32,970 nt of DNA from an uncultured Gammaproteobacteria bacterium. GTDB taxonomy: Bacteria > Patescibacteriota > Microgenomatia > Daviesbacterales > UBA10151. Below the pieces are notes generated by a model. That model did no database searches, was not told where the DNA came from, and saw only the letters and a program-made list of their open reading frames with translations. This document shows, piece after piece, positions 26,124 through 32,970 of this stretch (position 1 is its first letter; each line of letters opens with the position of its first letter). The stretch lies in assembly GCA_964441115.1 (NCBI GenBank), contig CAYTXH010000002.1:23994-56963 (forward strand), given 5' to 3'. The position numbers and the translations under genes are program-made.

Positions 26124-27170
26124 TTATTTTAAGCCACCGGTAACTCTAACTTTGGATAAAAGATCGATATTATCTAGTACTTTTGTACAACCTCGGACCA
26201 CAGTAGTTAATGGATCTTCAGCCACAAACACTGGCATCTTTGTTTCATCAGAAATTCGTTTATCTAAACCTTGAACCAACGCTCCTCCACCAGTTAATAA
26301 AATTCCTCTCTCTAAAATATCTGATAATAATTCTGGGGGTGTTTCTTCTAAAACTTGATGAATTTCATCAATTATTTGATTAATGGTCCCAGCTAAAGCT
26401 TCTCTGATTTCTGATGTTGAGACCTTTATAGATTTTGGTAAACCAGAAGATAATTCTCTCCCACGGACAATTGATTCTTTTTCAGTTTTTTGAGGGATAG
26501 CATTCCCAAGTTCGATTTTAATATCTTCAGCAGTTCTTTCTCCAATAATTAAACCGTAACGCATTCTCATGTAATTAATAATATCTTGATCCATTTCATC
26601 TCCGGCGATTCGTAAAGAACGATTTAAAACCATACCGCCCATTGAGATAACGGCAATTTCAGTAGTACCCCCACCAATATCGACGACAAGATTACCCTCA
26701 GGATCTTCGATCTTTAAATCCGCACCAATCGCATCAGCCATCGGTTCTTCGATCAAATAAGCTTCTCGAGCTCCAGCGGACAAAGCTGCATCTTGAACTG
26801 CTCGGCGCTCGACTTCAGTCACTCCAGAGGGAATACCAATAACGACTCGAGGTCGAGGAATTTTTGGCCATCTACCAGGTGTTTGATGCACTTTTTGGAT
26901 AAAATGTCGCAACATTGCTTCAGTAGTGTCAAAATCTGATATCACTCCATCTCGAAGAGGACGAATCGCTTCAATAGCCGCTGGCGTTCGACCAATCATC
27001 CGTTTAGCTTCTATACCTATGGCTAAAGGCTGGCGAGTTTTTTTATGAATAGCAACAACCGAAGGTTCTCTAATTACAATCCCTTTACCACGCACGGAAA
27101 CAAGGGTGTTTACAGTTCCTAAATCAATACCAATATCGTGAGAAAAAAGTTGCCAAAAGCGACTAAGCAT
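26124..27170 (-). CDS. mreB: Rod shape-determining actin homologue MreB
   Basis: IGIDLGTVNTLV, VAIHKKT, IRPLRDGVISDFD, VVDIGGGTTEIAVIS and LTGGGALVQGLD are present. 348 aa. Confidence 0.95.
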   Translation of the reverse strand: MLSRFWQLFSHDIGIDLGTVNTLVSVRGKGIVIREPSVVAIHKKTRQPLAIGIEAKRMIGRTPAAIEAIRPLRDGVISDFDTTEAMLRHFIQKVHQTPGRWPKIPRPRVVIGIPSGVTEVERRAVQDAALSAGAREAYLIEEPMADAIGADLKIEDPEGNLVVDIGGGTTEIAVISMGGMVLNRSLRIAGDEMDQDIINYMRMRYGLIIGERTAEDIKIELGNAIPQKTEKESIVRGRELSSGLPKSIKVSTSEIREALAGTINQIIDEIHQVLEETPPELLSDILERGILLTGGGALVQGLDKRISDETKMPVFVAEDPLTTVVRGCTKVLDNIDLLSKVRVTGGLK

Positions 27171-27288
27171 ACAGTGAGGAGTTTAACACAAAGTTTAGGA
27201 TCAGTGTAGGCTGTGAAGGAAGTAGTTGAGTCTTTTTATCTGAAGCTGACTAAAATTGACAAGCCTTCTATTTCTTACCTAGCGACGG

Positions 27289-27294
27289 TATAAT
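27289..27294 (+). promoter_or_regulatory. Consensus -10 (TATAAT) overlapping the annotated first ATG of the downstream ORF
   Basis: TATAAT lies at 27289-27294. The in-frame ATG at 27302 is 7 nt downstream, which would give a leaderless mRNA. No good -35 is found at 16-18 nt. Confidence 0.35.
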
Positions 27295-29416
27295 GCTATT
27301 CATGCAAATGATTTTGAGCGGCTGTTTTTATTTGCTATTTGCCGTTACACCACTAATTTTCACCTCATATAATCACGAATTGTTCGAATACAACAAAATG
27401 ATGTTTGTGTATTTGATGACAATTTTAGTTCTTGGAACATGGGCTATAAAAATGCTCAGAGCTGGAAAGATTATTTTTAGCCGAACACCTTTAGATATTC
27501 CAATATTAGGATTTTTAATCGCTAATATCATTTCTACTATTACTTCAATCGATATGCATACTTCGATTTGGGGCTACTACACACGTTCGAATGGCGGATT
27601 GCTGTCGACATTAGCTTATCTGAGCTTATTTTATGCTCTAGTTTCAAATTTCAATGCCAGTCAAATTTGGAGATTTATCCAAGCCAGTTTATTTGGTGGT
27701 CTATTAGTAGCATTGTATGCTATTCCCGAACATTTTGGAGTCTCCCCTTCATGTGTAGTTATTTATGGCCAGTTTAATGTTTCATGTTGGGTACAAGATG
27801 TACAGGCTCGAGTCTTTGCTACTTTTGGCCAGCCGAATTGGTTAGCTGCATATTTTGGGATGCTAATTTTTCCAGCAATCAGCTTATATCTTACAGCTAA
27901 GGATAATTGGTCCAGAATTTATTACTACACTTTAATTTTGACTTACTATTTAGCATTCACTTTTACTTTCTCTCGAGGTGGAATGCTGGGCGTGGTTGGG
28001 GGAATTGTAGTGATGGTGATTGGACTTGCTGGTTTAATTAAATTTAAAGAAAAGGCTTTACCAAAAACAGAGTCATCATCAGGATTAATAAAAGCTGGAT
28101 TAACAGTAATGGGAATTCTATTGGTAGTAAACTTAGTTTTTGGATCTGCTTGGACCAGATTTAAATTAATTGCTGAAGCACCACAACTACCAAAATCAAC
28201 AGCAGCAGCTACTACACAGCTAGAAACAGGTGGAACTGAGTCTGGTCAAATCCGATTAATTGTTTGGAAAGGCGCATGGGAGATCTTTAAACATTATCCA
28301 TTATTTGGATCTGGAGTTGAAACCTTTGCTTATTCTTATTATCAATTTAGACCAGCTGAACATAACTTAGTCTCAGAATGGGATTTTCTTTATAACAAAG
28401 CTCACAATGAATATTTAAATTATTTAGCCACTACCGGTTTAGTCGGTTTTATAACCTACATGGCGATTATAGCGATGTTTGCAAAAGTACTATGGAATCA
28501 TTTTAGAAATATGTTGAAATCAAAGGTGGAAGATCAGCATCATGCTATTAATTTGATGGTAGTCGGATTAGTGGCGGCTTATGTTAGTTATTTGATTCAG
28601 AATATCTTTGGTTTTTCAGTGGTGATGATTGCATTACTTTTCTACTTAATACCCGCAATGGTGTTAGTCTTAACTGGCCAAACTCAGCCAATTCAATTTG
28701 GTAAAGAGTTTAAGACATCTAAAATATTTAAACGGCTATTGTATTTAGTCCTGACGATCTTTATCGCTTGGTTAGTCTTTTATGGATTATTAACTTTAGT
28801 CCGACTTTGGCTTGCAGATAGTAATTATGCAAAAGGATCAAATTATTCAGATTCTGGCAACCCTGGTAAAGGCTATAATTTAATCTTTAATGCAACTGAA
28901 CTTAATCCACGAGAGCCTTTATATCAAATCGATTTAGGGTATAACGCTGCCTCAGCAGCAGTAGTTTCAGAACAAGAAGATGCCAGCTTATCGGCAACTT
29001 TAAAACAAATTGCTATTACTGAAACCGAAGATGTTTTAACTAAACATCCTAAAAATATTTCTCATTTTAGAACTGCGATTAGAACTTATTATGATTTATC
29101 TAGCATCGATCCTGAATATAATCAAAAATTAGTCGATATCTTTGACCAGGCTATTAGTTTAGCGCCAACTGATGCCAAGCTGCTTTACAACAAAGGTTTA
29201 ATTTTAGGTCAATTACAACGAATACCTGAGGCAATTGAAACTTTAAAGCGATCAGTTGCTCTTAAGCCAAACTACCGTGATGCTCAATACACTTTGGGAG
29301 TCTTACTAAAAGAAGTGGGCGAAGACCAAGCAGCTTTAGAGCAGATGGAAATTGTATTGAAATTGATTCCAAATGATGAAGAAGCTACCGAGAAGATCGC
29401 CGAGTGGAAAAAGTAA
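27293..29416 (+). CDS. O-antigen ligase (Wzy_C)-like polytopic membrane protein with C-terminal TPR repeats
   Basis: There are about 12 hydrophobic segments. YNKAHNEYLNYLATTGLVGF is typical of the O-antigen ligase domain. The C-terminal ~200 aa have TPR-like periodicity (AKLLYNKGLILGQLQRIPEAIETLKRSVALKPNYRDAQYTLGVLL). The real start is probably ATG 27302. Confidence 0.78.
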   Translation: MLFMQMILSGCFYLLFAVTPLIFTSYNHELFEYNKMMFVYLMTILVLGTWAIKMLRAGKIIFSRTPLDIPILGFLIANIISTITSIDMHTSIWGYYTRSNGGLLSTLAYLSLFYALVSNFNASQIWRFIQASLFGGLLVALYAIPEHFGVSPSCVVIYGQFNVSCWVQDVQARVFATFGQPNWLAAYFGMLIFPAISLYLTAKDNWSRIYYYTLILTYYLAFTFTFSRGGMLGVVGGIVVMVIGLAGLIKFKEKALPKTESSSGLIKAGLTVMGILLVVNLVFGSAWTRFKLIAEAPQLPKSTAAATTQLETGGTESGQIRLIVWKGAWEIFKHYPLFGSGVETFAYSYYQFRPAEHNLVSEWDFLYNKAHNEYLNYLATTGLVGFITYMAIIAMFAKVLWNHFRNMLKSKVEDQHHAINLMVVGLVAAYVSYLIQNIFGFSVVMIALLFYLIPAMVLVLTGQTQPIQFGKEFKTSKIFKRLLYLVLTIFIAWLVFYGLLTLVRLWLADSNYAKGSNYSDSGNPGKGYNLIFNATELNPREPLYQIDLGYNAASAAVVSEQEDASLSATLKQIAITETEDVLTKHPKNISHFRTAIRTYYDLSSIDPEYNQKLVDIFDQAISLAPTDAKLLYNKGLILGQLQRIPEAIETLKRSVALKPNYRDAQYTLGVLLKEVGEDQAALEQMEIVLKLIPNDEEATEKIAEWKK

Positions 29417-29434
29417 TTAATCCTTAAATTTTGA

Positions 29435-29707
29435 ATGAAAAAAATCGCCTCAATTATTGATGATGTTAAGCATAAAAACCGCCCTAAAAATCTGAGTACA
29501 GAGTTTCAAGTTTATGGTGTTTATTTGTGTGAAACTTTAGGAGATACTGAGCACTATTCTCTTTATATGAAATTAGCTAAAGTGACTCCTCGGTTTTTAC
29601 TGGAAGAAGCTTTATCGTTTGTAAAAGGCTATACCGCGGCTAAAAATAAGCCACGAGTGTTTATGTGGAAATTAAAGCAACTTAAAATAGAAGCTGCTAA
29701 AGGTTGA
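29435..29707 (+). CDS. Hypothetical small basic protein (90 aa)
   Basis: The ORF fills the gap between two genes on the same strand. No motif was recognised. Confidence 0.5.
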   Translation: MKKIASIIDDVKHKNRPKNLSTEFQVYGVYLCETLGDTEHYSLYMKLAKVTPRFLLEEALSFVKGYTAAKNKPRVFMWKLKQLKIEAAKG

Positions 29708-29710
29708 TAT

Positions 29711-29739
29711 TTGTGCCTAACGAGCAATTTTGTTAGAAT
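29711..29739 (+). promoter_or_regulatory. Extended -10 promoter for def-fmt
   Basis: TTGTGC (29711-29716), a 17-nt spacer, TGT-TAGAAT (29731-29739). The ATG at 29747 is 7 nt after the -10, which implies a leaderless transcript. Confidence 0.45.
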
Positions 29740-29746
29740 TGACTAC

Positions 29747-30271
29747 ATGAAAGTTGTTCAAGCCCCTGATGATCGATTAAGAATTAAATGTAAGCCTATT
29801 AAAAAGGTGACACCTGAGTTAATGCAAACTATCAAAGAGATGGTTAAATTAACCAAAACTTTTGTTGATCCTGAAGGCGTGGGACTGGCTTCAACCCAGA
29901 TCGGTAATGATCAACAATATTTTGTCGCCAAAATGGATGGCGAGAAATTTAAGCCTTTTTTTAATCCCAAAATTTTAAAATACTCTAAACAAGTAAAACT
30001 TTACTTCGAAGGCTGTTTATCATTGCCTGATTATTACGGCGAGATTAATCGATCAACTTGGATTGATGTTAGCTATATGGATCAAAATGGTAAGAAGGTA
30101 GATGAAAGATTAAAAGGTGTTCCAGCCTGGATTTTTCAACATGAGTTTGATCATATTAACGGCAAGTTATTTGTAGACCATGTTTTGGAACAAAAAGCAC
30201 GTTTTTTCCGAGTAACGGGTCATGATCAAGCCGGTAATGAAATATTTGAAGAGCTAAAATTGGTTGATTAA
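29747..30271 (+). CDS. def: Peptide deformylase
   Basis: GVGLASTQIG, EGCLSLP and QHEFDHINGKLF (HExxH) are present. I prefer the ATG at 29747 (MKVVQAPDDRLR, like other Def N-termini) over the track TTG at 29711. Confidence 0.9.
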   Translation: MKVVQAPDDRLRIKCKPIKKVTPELMQTIKEMVKLTKTFVDPEGVGLASTQIGNDQQYFVAKMDGEKFKPFFNPKILKYSKQVKLYFEGCLSLPDYYGEINRSTWIDVSYMDQNGKKVDERLKGVPAWIFQHEFDHINGKLFVDHVLEQKARFFRVTGHDQAGNEIFEELKLVD

Positions 30272-30278
30272 TTTATCT

Positions 30279-31127
30279 ATGAAACCATCGATTATTTTTT
30301 GGGGAACCCCTGACTTTGCCGCTAATATTCTTCAGCAATTAATTGATGCTGACCAATTTAATATTTTAGCGGTTGTAACACAACCAGACAGACCAGTTGG
30401 AAGACATCAGGTAATGACACCATCAGCAGTTTCAGAGATTGCTGATAAATATAAAATCCAAATTTTAAAACCATTAAAGTTAAATCAAGACTTTATCGAC
30501 CAAGTGAATAGTCTTGGCCCAGTCGATTTATTTGTGGTAACTGCTTATGGAAAAATTATTTCTCAGGCCATTTTAGATATCCCAAAATTTGGGGCAATCA
30601 ATGTTCATCCATCACTATTACCAAAGTATCGCGGGGCTTCACCAATCCAAAGTGCATTGTTAAACGGTGATTCAGAAACCGGGGTATCAATTATGTTAAT
30701 GGATCATCTAATGGACCATGGGCCAGTATTAAATACAAGTCAGTTTAGCCTATCGGAAAAGTATAATTACGTATTATTGAGTAAAGAATTATCAGAGCTT
30801 AGCGGACCACTATTAATCAAAACTATTGATGAATTTTTAAATAAAAATTTGCAACCGCAACCCCAAAATCATGAATTAGCAACTTTCTGCCAAACTATTA
30901 CAAAAGAAGATGGTTATTTCGATATAGAAAATCCTCCATCAGCTGAAAAATTGGATCAGATGATCCGAGCATATTATCCTTGGCCTAATGCTTGGACAAA
31001 ATGGCAAGGAAAAATTGTTAAACTTTATCCTGAGCAACAAGTTCAAATGGAGGGTAAGAAAATTGTTAATTTGTCTGAGTTTTTAAGAGGCTATCCAGAA
31101 TTTCCGTTAAAATCGCTTATCTTTTAA
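30279..31127 (+). CDS. fmt: Methionyl-tRNA formyltransferase
   Basis: IIFWGTPDFA, QPDRPVGR, NVHPSLLPKYRGASPIQ and the C-terminal Fmt domain are present. The start is either ATG 30279 (preferred) or TTG 30264. Confidence 0.9.
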   Translation: MKPSIIFWGTPDFAANILQQLIDADQFNILAVVTQPDRPVGRHQVMTPSAVSEIADKYKIQILKPLKLNQDFIDQVNSLGPVDLFVVTAYGKIISQAILDIPKFGAINVHPSLLPKYRGASPIQSALLNGDSETGVSIMLMDHLMDHGPVLNTSQFSLSEKYNYVLLSKELSELSGPLLIKTIDEFLNKNLQPQPQNHELATFCQTITKEDGYFDIENPPSAEKLDQMIRAYYPWPNAWTKWQGKIVKLYPEQQVQMEGKKIVNLSEFLRGYPEFPLKSLIF

Positions 31128-31292
31128 AATTGCACTAATCTGTTGCCACAATAAGGAATCTTCTGGTTGACCATTGCTAGCTGTTGGGCGATATTTTGGA
31201 GGTTCTATTCCTCCACCTTGATTAGGTTTGATCGGAGTCTCTTTAGGCGGCGTGACAACACTTGTGGCAGATCTTTCAAATAAATCTTTCAT
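31107..31292 (-). CDS. Possible small Pro/Gly-rich protein (61 aa), uncertain
   Basis: The ORF starts 6 nt after the rpmB stop on the same strand. Its 3' end overlaps the fmt 3' end by 21 nt. No motif was recognised. Confidence 0.3.
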   Translation of the reverse strand: MKDLFERSATSVVTPPKETPIKPNQGGGIEPPKYRPTASNGQPEDSLLWQQISAILKDKRF

Positions 31293-31298
31293 ACTAAA

Positions 31299-31544
31299 CT
31301 AAGCTTGAGTTGAAGGGGCTTCGGTAACTTTAGGAGCTTTTGGCTCAAATGTATATAGAGATTTTACTAACCGTAAACATTTGGTACAGAATTTTTTACC
31401 TTTAAAGACGTGTAAGTTTGGTTTTTGGGTTCTTTTTGAGATCTGCGCACGTAATGGCCACTCAGATGCACCTGAGCTACCTTTCTTGTGTCGTGACCAA
31501 GTAATTTTGTGTGGACGCTTTCCACAATTGACGCACATTAACAT
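31299..31544 (-). CDS. rpmB: 50S ribosomal protein L28 (Cys4 zinc-ribbon form, with an internal insertion)
   Basis: CVNCGKRP...SRH...KPNLH...FCTKCLRLVK matches the L28 pattern C.(I/V)CGK.P..G..VSHS....R.F.PNL....CTKCL. There is extra sequence (GSSGASEWPLRAQIS) between the SH and PNL blocks. Confidence 0.75.
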   Translation of the reverse strand: MLMCVNCGKRPHKITWSRHKKGSSGASEWPLRAQISKRTQKPNLHVFKGKKFCTKCLRLVKSLYTFEPKAPKVTEAPSTQA

Positions 31545-31553
31545 AACTGAAGG

Positions 31554-31562
31554 ATTATAACA
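31554..31562 (-). promoter_or_regulatory. Extended -10 (TGT-TATAAT) for rpmB
   Basis: The minus strand reads TGTTATAAT with the ATG (31544) 9 nt downstream. The -35 is poor. Confidence 0.4.
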
Positions 31563-31604
31563 GAAAATCAGGCTGATCGTCTAGCTGTAAAATGTTTCGG
31601 TGGT

Positions 31605-31632
31605 TTGACAGTATTTTTAGATAACTTATAAT
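31605..31632 (+). promoter_or_regulatory. Consensus sigma-70 promoter for the M50 peptidase gene
   Basis: TTGACA (31605-31610), a 16-nt spacer, TATAAT (31627-31632). The ATG at 31639 is 6 nt after the -10, so the mRNA would be leaderless. Confidence 0.6.
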
Positions 31633-31638
31633 CAGCTA

Positions 31639-32286
31639 ATGGATCCGATTATTTTATCTGCAGCAATTGTTATTTTACTATTTTCAGTAATTGTTCATGA
31701 AGTGATGCACGGTTATGCCGCTTTAAAATTTGGCGATAGAACTGCTGAAAATGCCGGTCGGTTAACACTTAACCCAATTCCGCATATTGACCCAATAGGA
31801 ACCGTTTTAGTGCCATTGTCGCTTTTCATATTAGGTAATGCTTTAGGGACTGGTGGCATTTTATTTGGCTGGGCAAAACCAGTGCCTGTTAATCCGTTAA
31901 ATTTTAGTAATATCCGCAAAGGTGAACTAGTGGTTTCAGCAGCTGGTATTTTGGCTAATTTAGGATTAGCTCTAATTGCATCAATTTTGATGAGACTATT
32001 CTTTAATTTTGAAAACCCACAAGTGAGTATGATTCTTTATAGTGCGTTAAGTATTAATGTCTCTTTGGCAGTATTTAATTTACTCCCAATTCCACCTTTA
32101 GATGGATCAAAAATATTGATGTCATTGCTTCCATATGAACAAGCCCGAAGCTTTCAAAAGGTAGAACAATATGGTCCATTAATTTTATTGGGGTTATTAA
32201 TGATGCCGGGAGTAAAAGAAATTTTTAGTACTTTTATTAGCCTTGTAACTGGCGCAATTAAAGCTTTTCTACTCATTGGTTTCTAA
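31639..32286 (+). CDS. Peptidase M50 family (site-2 protease-like, no PDZ domain)
   Basis: HEVMHG (HExxH) lies in TM1 and NLLPIPPLDGSK lies in a later TM. 215 aa and polytopic. Confidence 0.85.
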   Translation: MDPIILSAAIVILLFSVIVHEVMHGYAALKFGDRTAENAGRLTLNPIPHIDPIGTVLVPLSLFILGNALGTGGILFGWAKPVPVNPLNFSNIRKGELVVSAAGILANLGLALIASILMRLFFNFENPQVSMILYSALSINVSLAVFNLLPIPPLDGSKILMSLLPYEQARSFQKVEQYGPLILLGLLMMPGVKEIFSTFISLVTGAIKAFLLIGF

Positions 32287-32329
32287 CTAAACTATTACCA
32301 AATATTCGGCATAACTTCGGTTTTTTCTA

Positions 32330-32358
32330 TTGACAGTCCTCGACTAATTTGCTAATCT
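32330..32358 (+). promoter_or_regulatory. Sigma-70 promoter with extended -10 driving the non-coding locus
   Basis: TTGACA (32330-32335), a 17-nt spacer ending in TGC, TAATCT (32353-32358). A T-rich tract lies upstream. Confidence 0.6.
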
Positions 32359-32363
32359 AAACG

Positions 32364-32626
32364 AGTACTGAAAAGTACAAAGTAGATGAATTATTTAGCA
32401 GTAAGGCTAAGTAATTTTTGCCTGCTGGTTCGTTACTTTTGGGGAAGAATTTTCCTTCACATAGTTTTCAACCCACGGGTTCTCGAAGTTTCTGACAGCC
32501 TTGGCTGAAAGAACAGAGTTCCCACTTAATTTTAAGGGGGAGAAACCTCAAAATACGGCCGGGAGGCAGTTATTATCTGTCCATTGGTTTCGTAAATCCA
32601 CTCGCTTTTAGCGTGTGGATTTTTTT
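32364..32626 (+). ncRNA. Unassigned structured RNA candidate (~260 nt) bounded by a promoter and an intrinsic terminator
   Basis: There is no ORF of 60 aa or more. An imperfect hairpin spans 32477-32523 with a CUUG-capped CAGC/GCUG tip and symmetric UU/UU mismatches. A long-range pairing joins 32420-32428 (GCCUGCUGG) with 32559-32567 (CCGGGAGGC). A competing CCC(A)C / GGGGG hairpin lies at 32521-32540. The ends are approximate. Confidence 0.5.
32594..32626 (+). terminator. Rho-independent terminator
   Basis: AAATCCACTCGCT-TTT-AGCGTGTGGATTT forms a stem of about 10-12 bp with one U-U mismatch, followed by a T6 run. Confidence 0.75.
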
Positions 32627-32649
32627 ATATAGATATTAGCTTTTTCCTA

Positions 32650-32678
32650 TTGAGTATTATTGTAAGATAAGCTAATAT
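32650..32678 (+). promoter_or_regulatory. Sigma-70-type promoter for the tRNA cluster
   Basis: TTGAGT (32650-32655), a 17-nt spacer, TAATAT (32673-32678). The tRNA begins 14 nt later. Confidence 0.5.
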
Positions 32679-32691
32679 GGCTTAATTGTTT

Positions 32692-32764
32692 GCCGAGATA
32701 GCTCAGTTGGTAGAGCGCCACTTTTGTAAAGTGGATGTCCGGGGTCCGAGTCCCCGTCTCGGCT
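32692..32764 (+). tRNA. tRNA-Thr (anticodon UGU)
   Basis: Manual cloverleaf: acceptor GCCGAGA/TCTCGGC, D arm GCTC-AGTTGGTA-GAGC, anticodon arm CCACT-TTTGTAA-AGTGG (anticodon TGT), T arm CGGGG-TCCGAGT-CCCCG, discriminator T. The 3' CCA is not encoded (followed by CCC). Confidence 0.9.
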
Positions 32765-32937
32765 CCCTAATTATTTGATATATTTTATTTTCGGGTATGT
32801 GCGGTTACGCAACTTAGTTAGCTAATTTTATCCTCATTCGTCTAATTATTCCTAAACAAAGTTACAGTAATTTAACTGTTCTCAAAATGAATTTTTTTTT
32901 GTAGAATACTTTGAGGCTTATCATTTAGATAAGACAC

Positions 32938-32970
32938 GCCGACATGGCTCAGTGGCAGAGCACGTTCTTG
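32938..32970 (+). tRNA. 5' part of a second tRNA, truncated by the window edge (anticodon starts with G)
   Basis: GCCGACA-TG-GCTC-AGTGGCA-GAGC-A-CGTTC-TTG... gives the acceptor 5' strand, a complete D arm, the 5' anticodon stem and the first three loop bases. The CGNNC-TTG pattern resembles tRNA-Gly(GCC), but the identity cannot be read. Confidence 0.7.

Noticed and set aside
27256-27261. Perfect TTGACA as the -35 for the O-antigen-ligase-like gene
   Set aside because: It lies 27 nt upstream of the TATAAT at 27289-27294, which is too far for a sigma-70 spacer, and no -10 is found at 16-18 nt.
24600-27300. Gene-strand switch as a sign of a replication origin or terminus
   Set aside because: I saw no dnaA or dnaN, no cluster of TTATCCACA-like boxes, and no AT-rich unwinding element. 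The switch is explained by the inverted pyrFE cassette.
27568-27777. 69-aa plus-strand ORF in another frame of the O-antigen-ligase-like gene
   Set aside because: It is embedded in a 707-aa ORF with a coherent TM/TPR architecture.
31713-31919. 68-aa minus-strand ORF
   Set aside because: It is antisense inside the M50 peptidase gene, which has HExxH and LDG motifs.
32386-32508. 40-codon ORF (MNYLAVRLSNFCLLVRYFWGRIFLHIVFNPRVLEVSDSLG) inside the ncRNA candidate. It could be a small hydrophobic peptide or a type I toxin.
   Set aside because: The ATG lies about 22 nt into the predicted transcript with no distinguishing signal. The codons include several that are rare-looking for this AT-rich genome (AGG, CGG, CTC, CTG x2). 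The ORF runs through the best-paired hairpin. It is kept only as an alternative to be tested.
32364-32626. Assigning the RNA candidate to SRP RNA, 6S RNA, RNase P RNA or tmRNA
   Set aside because: I found no GGAAAGUCC or ACAGA..GGCUUA RNase P blocks, no tRNA-like 3' end or tag ORF, no clean GNAR-capped helix 8 with the AGCA loop, and no obvious 6S closing stem or central bubble. I cannot support any of these by eye.
1-32970. CRISPR arrays, IS elements/transposases, integrases, prophage genes, toxin-antitoxin pairs, restriction-modification or other known defence modules, rRNA genes, UGA recoding
   Set aside because: There are no spaced direct repeats, no terminal inverted repeats, and no ORFs with nuclease, integrase or RT motifs that I could recognise. 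All long ORFs read through with the standard code and use TGA, TAA and TAG as stops.

Overview
AT-rich, gene-dense bacterial chromosome segment with about 35 CDS, tiny or overlapping intergenic gaps, and almost no Shine-Dalgarno sequences. My inference is a reduced-genome Patescibacteria/CPR-like organism, based on a DUF5667-like anchored protein, an O-antigen-ligase/TPR fusion, a membrane-anchored Clp-like ATPase, a 151-aa EF-Ts and two M50 proteases. Gene content is housekeeping. In order: proS (partial); rseP-frr-tsf-rpsB; a co-directional pyrimidine (deoxy)nucleotide block (pyrG, unknown, dut, tmk, tandem MazG-like, dcd, tandem thyX); then topA, dprA, mrdA-mreD-mreC, an inverted pyrF-pyrE cassette, mreB, def-fmt, rpmB, a second M50 peptidase, an unassigned ~260-nt promoter-to-terminator RNA locus, tRNA-Thr(UGU), and a truncated second tRNA. 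I found no CRISPR array, transposase, integrase, rRNA or recognisable defence system, and I cannot claim a clearly novel system. The best candidates for a second look are (1) the pyrimidine supra-operon, which has two uncharacterised members and two internally duplicated, half-degenerate enzymes (ThyX, and MazG-like with Cys4 knuckles); (2) the orphan structured RNA at 32364-32626; (3) a three-gene module (membrane-anchored double-AAA+ plus two small anchored paralogs) inserted between dprA and topA; (4) candidate RNA leaders for rpsB (interleaved stems) and pyrG (G5/C5 element abutting the start codon). All functional calls rest on manual motif reading. No searches were run.
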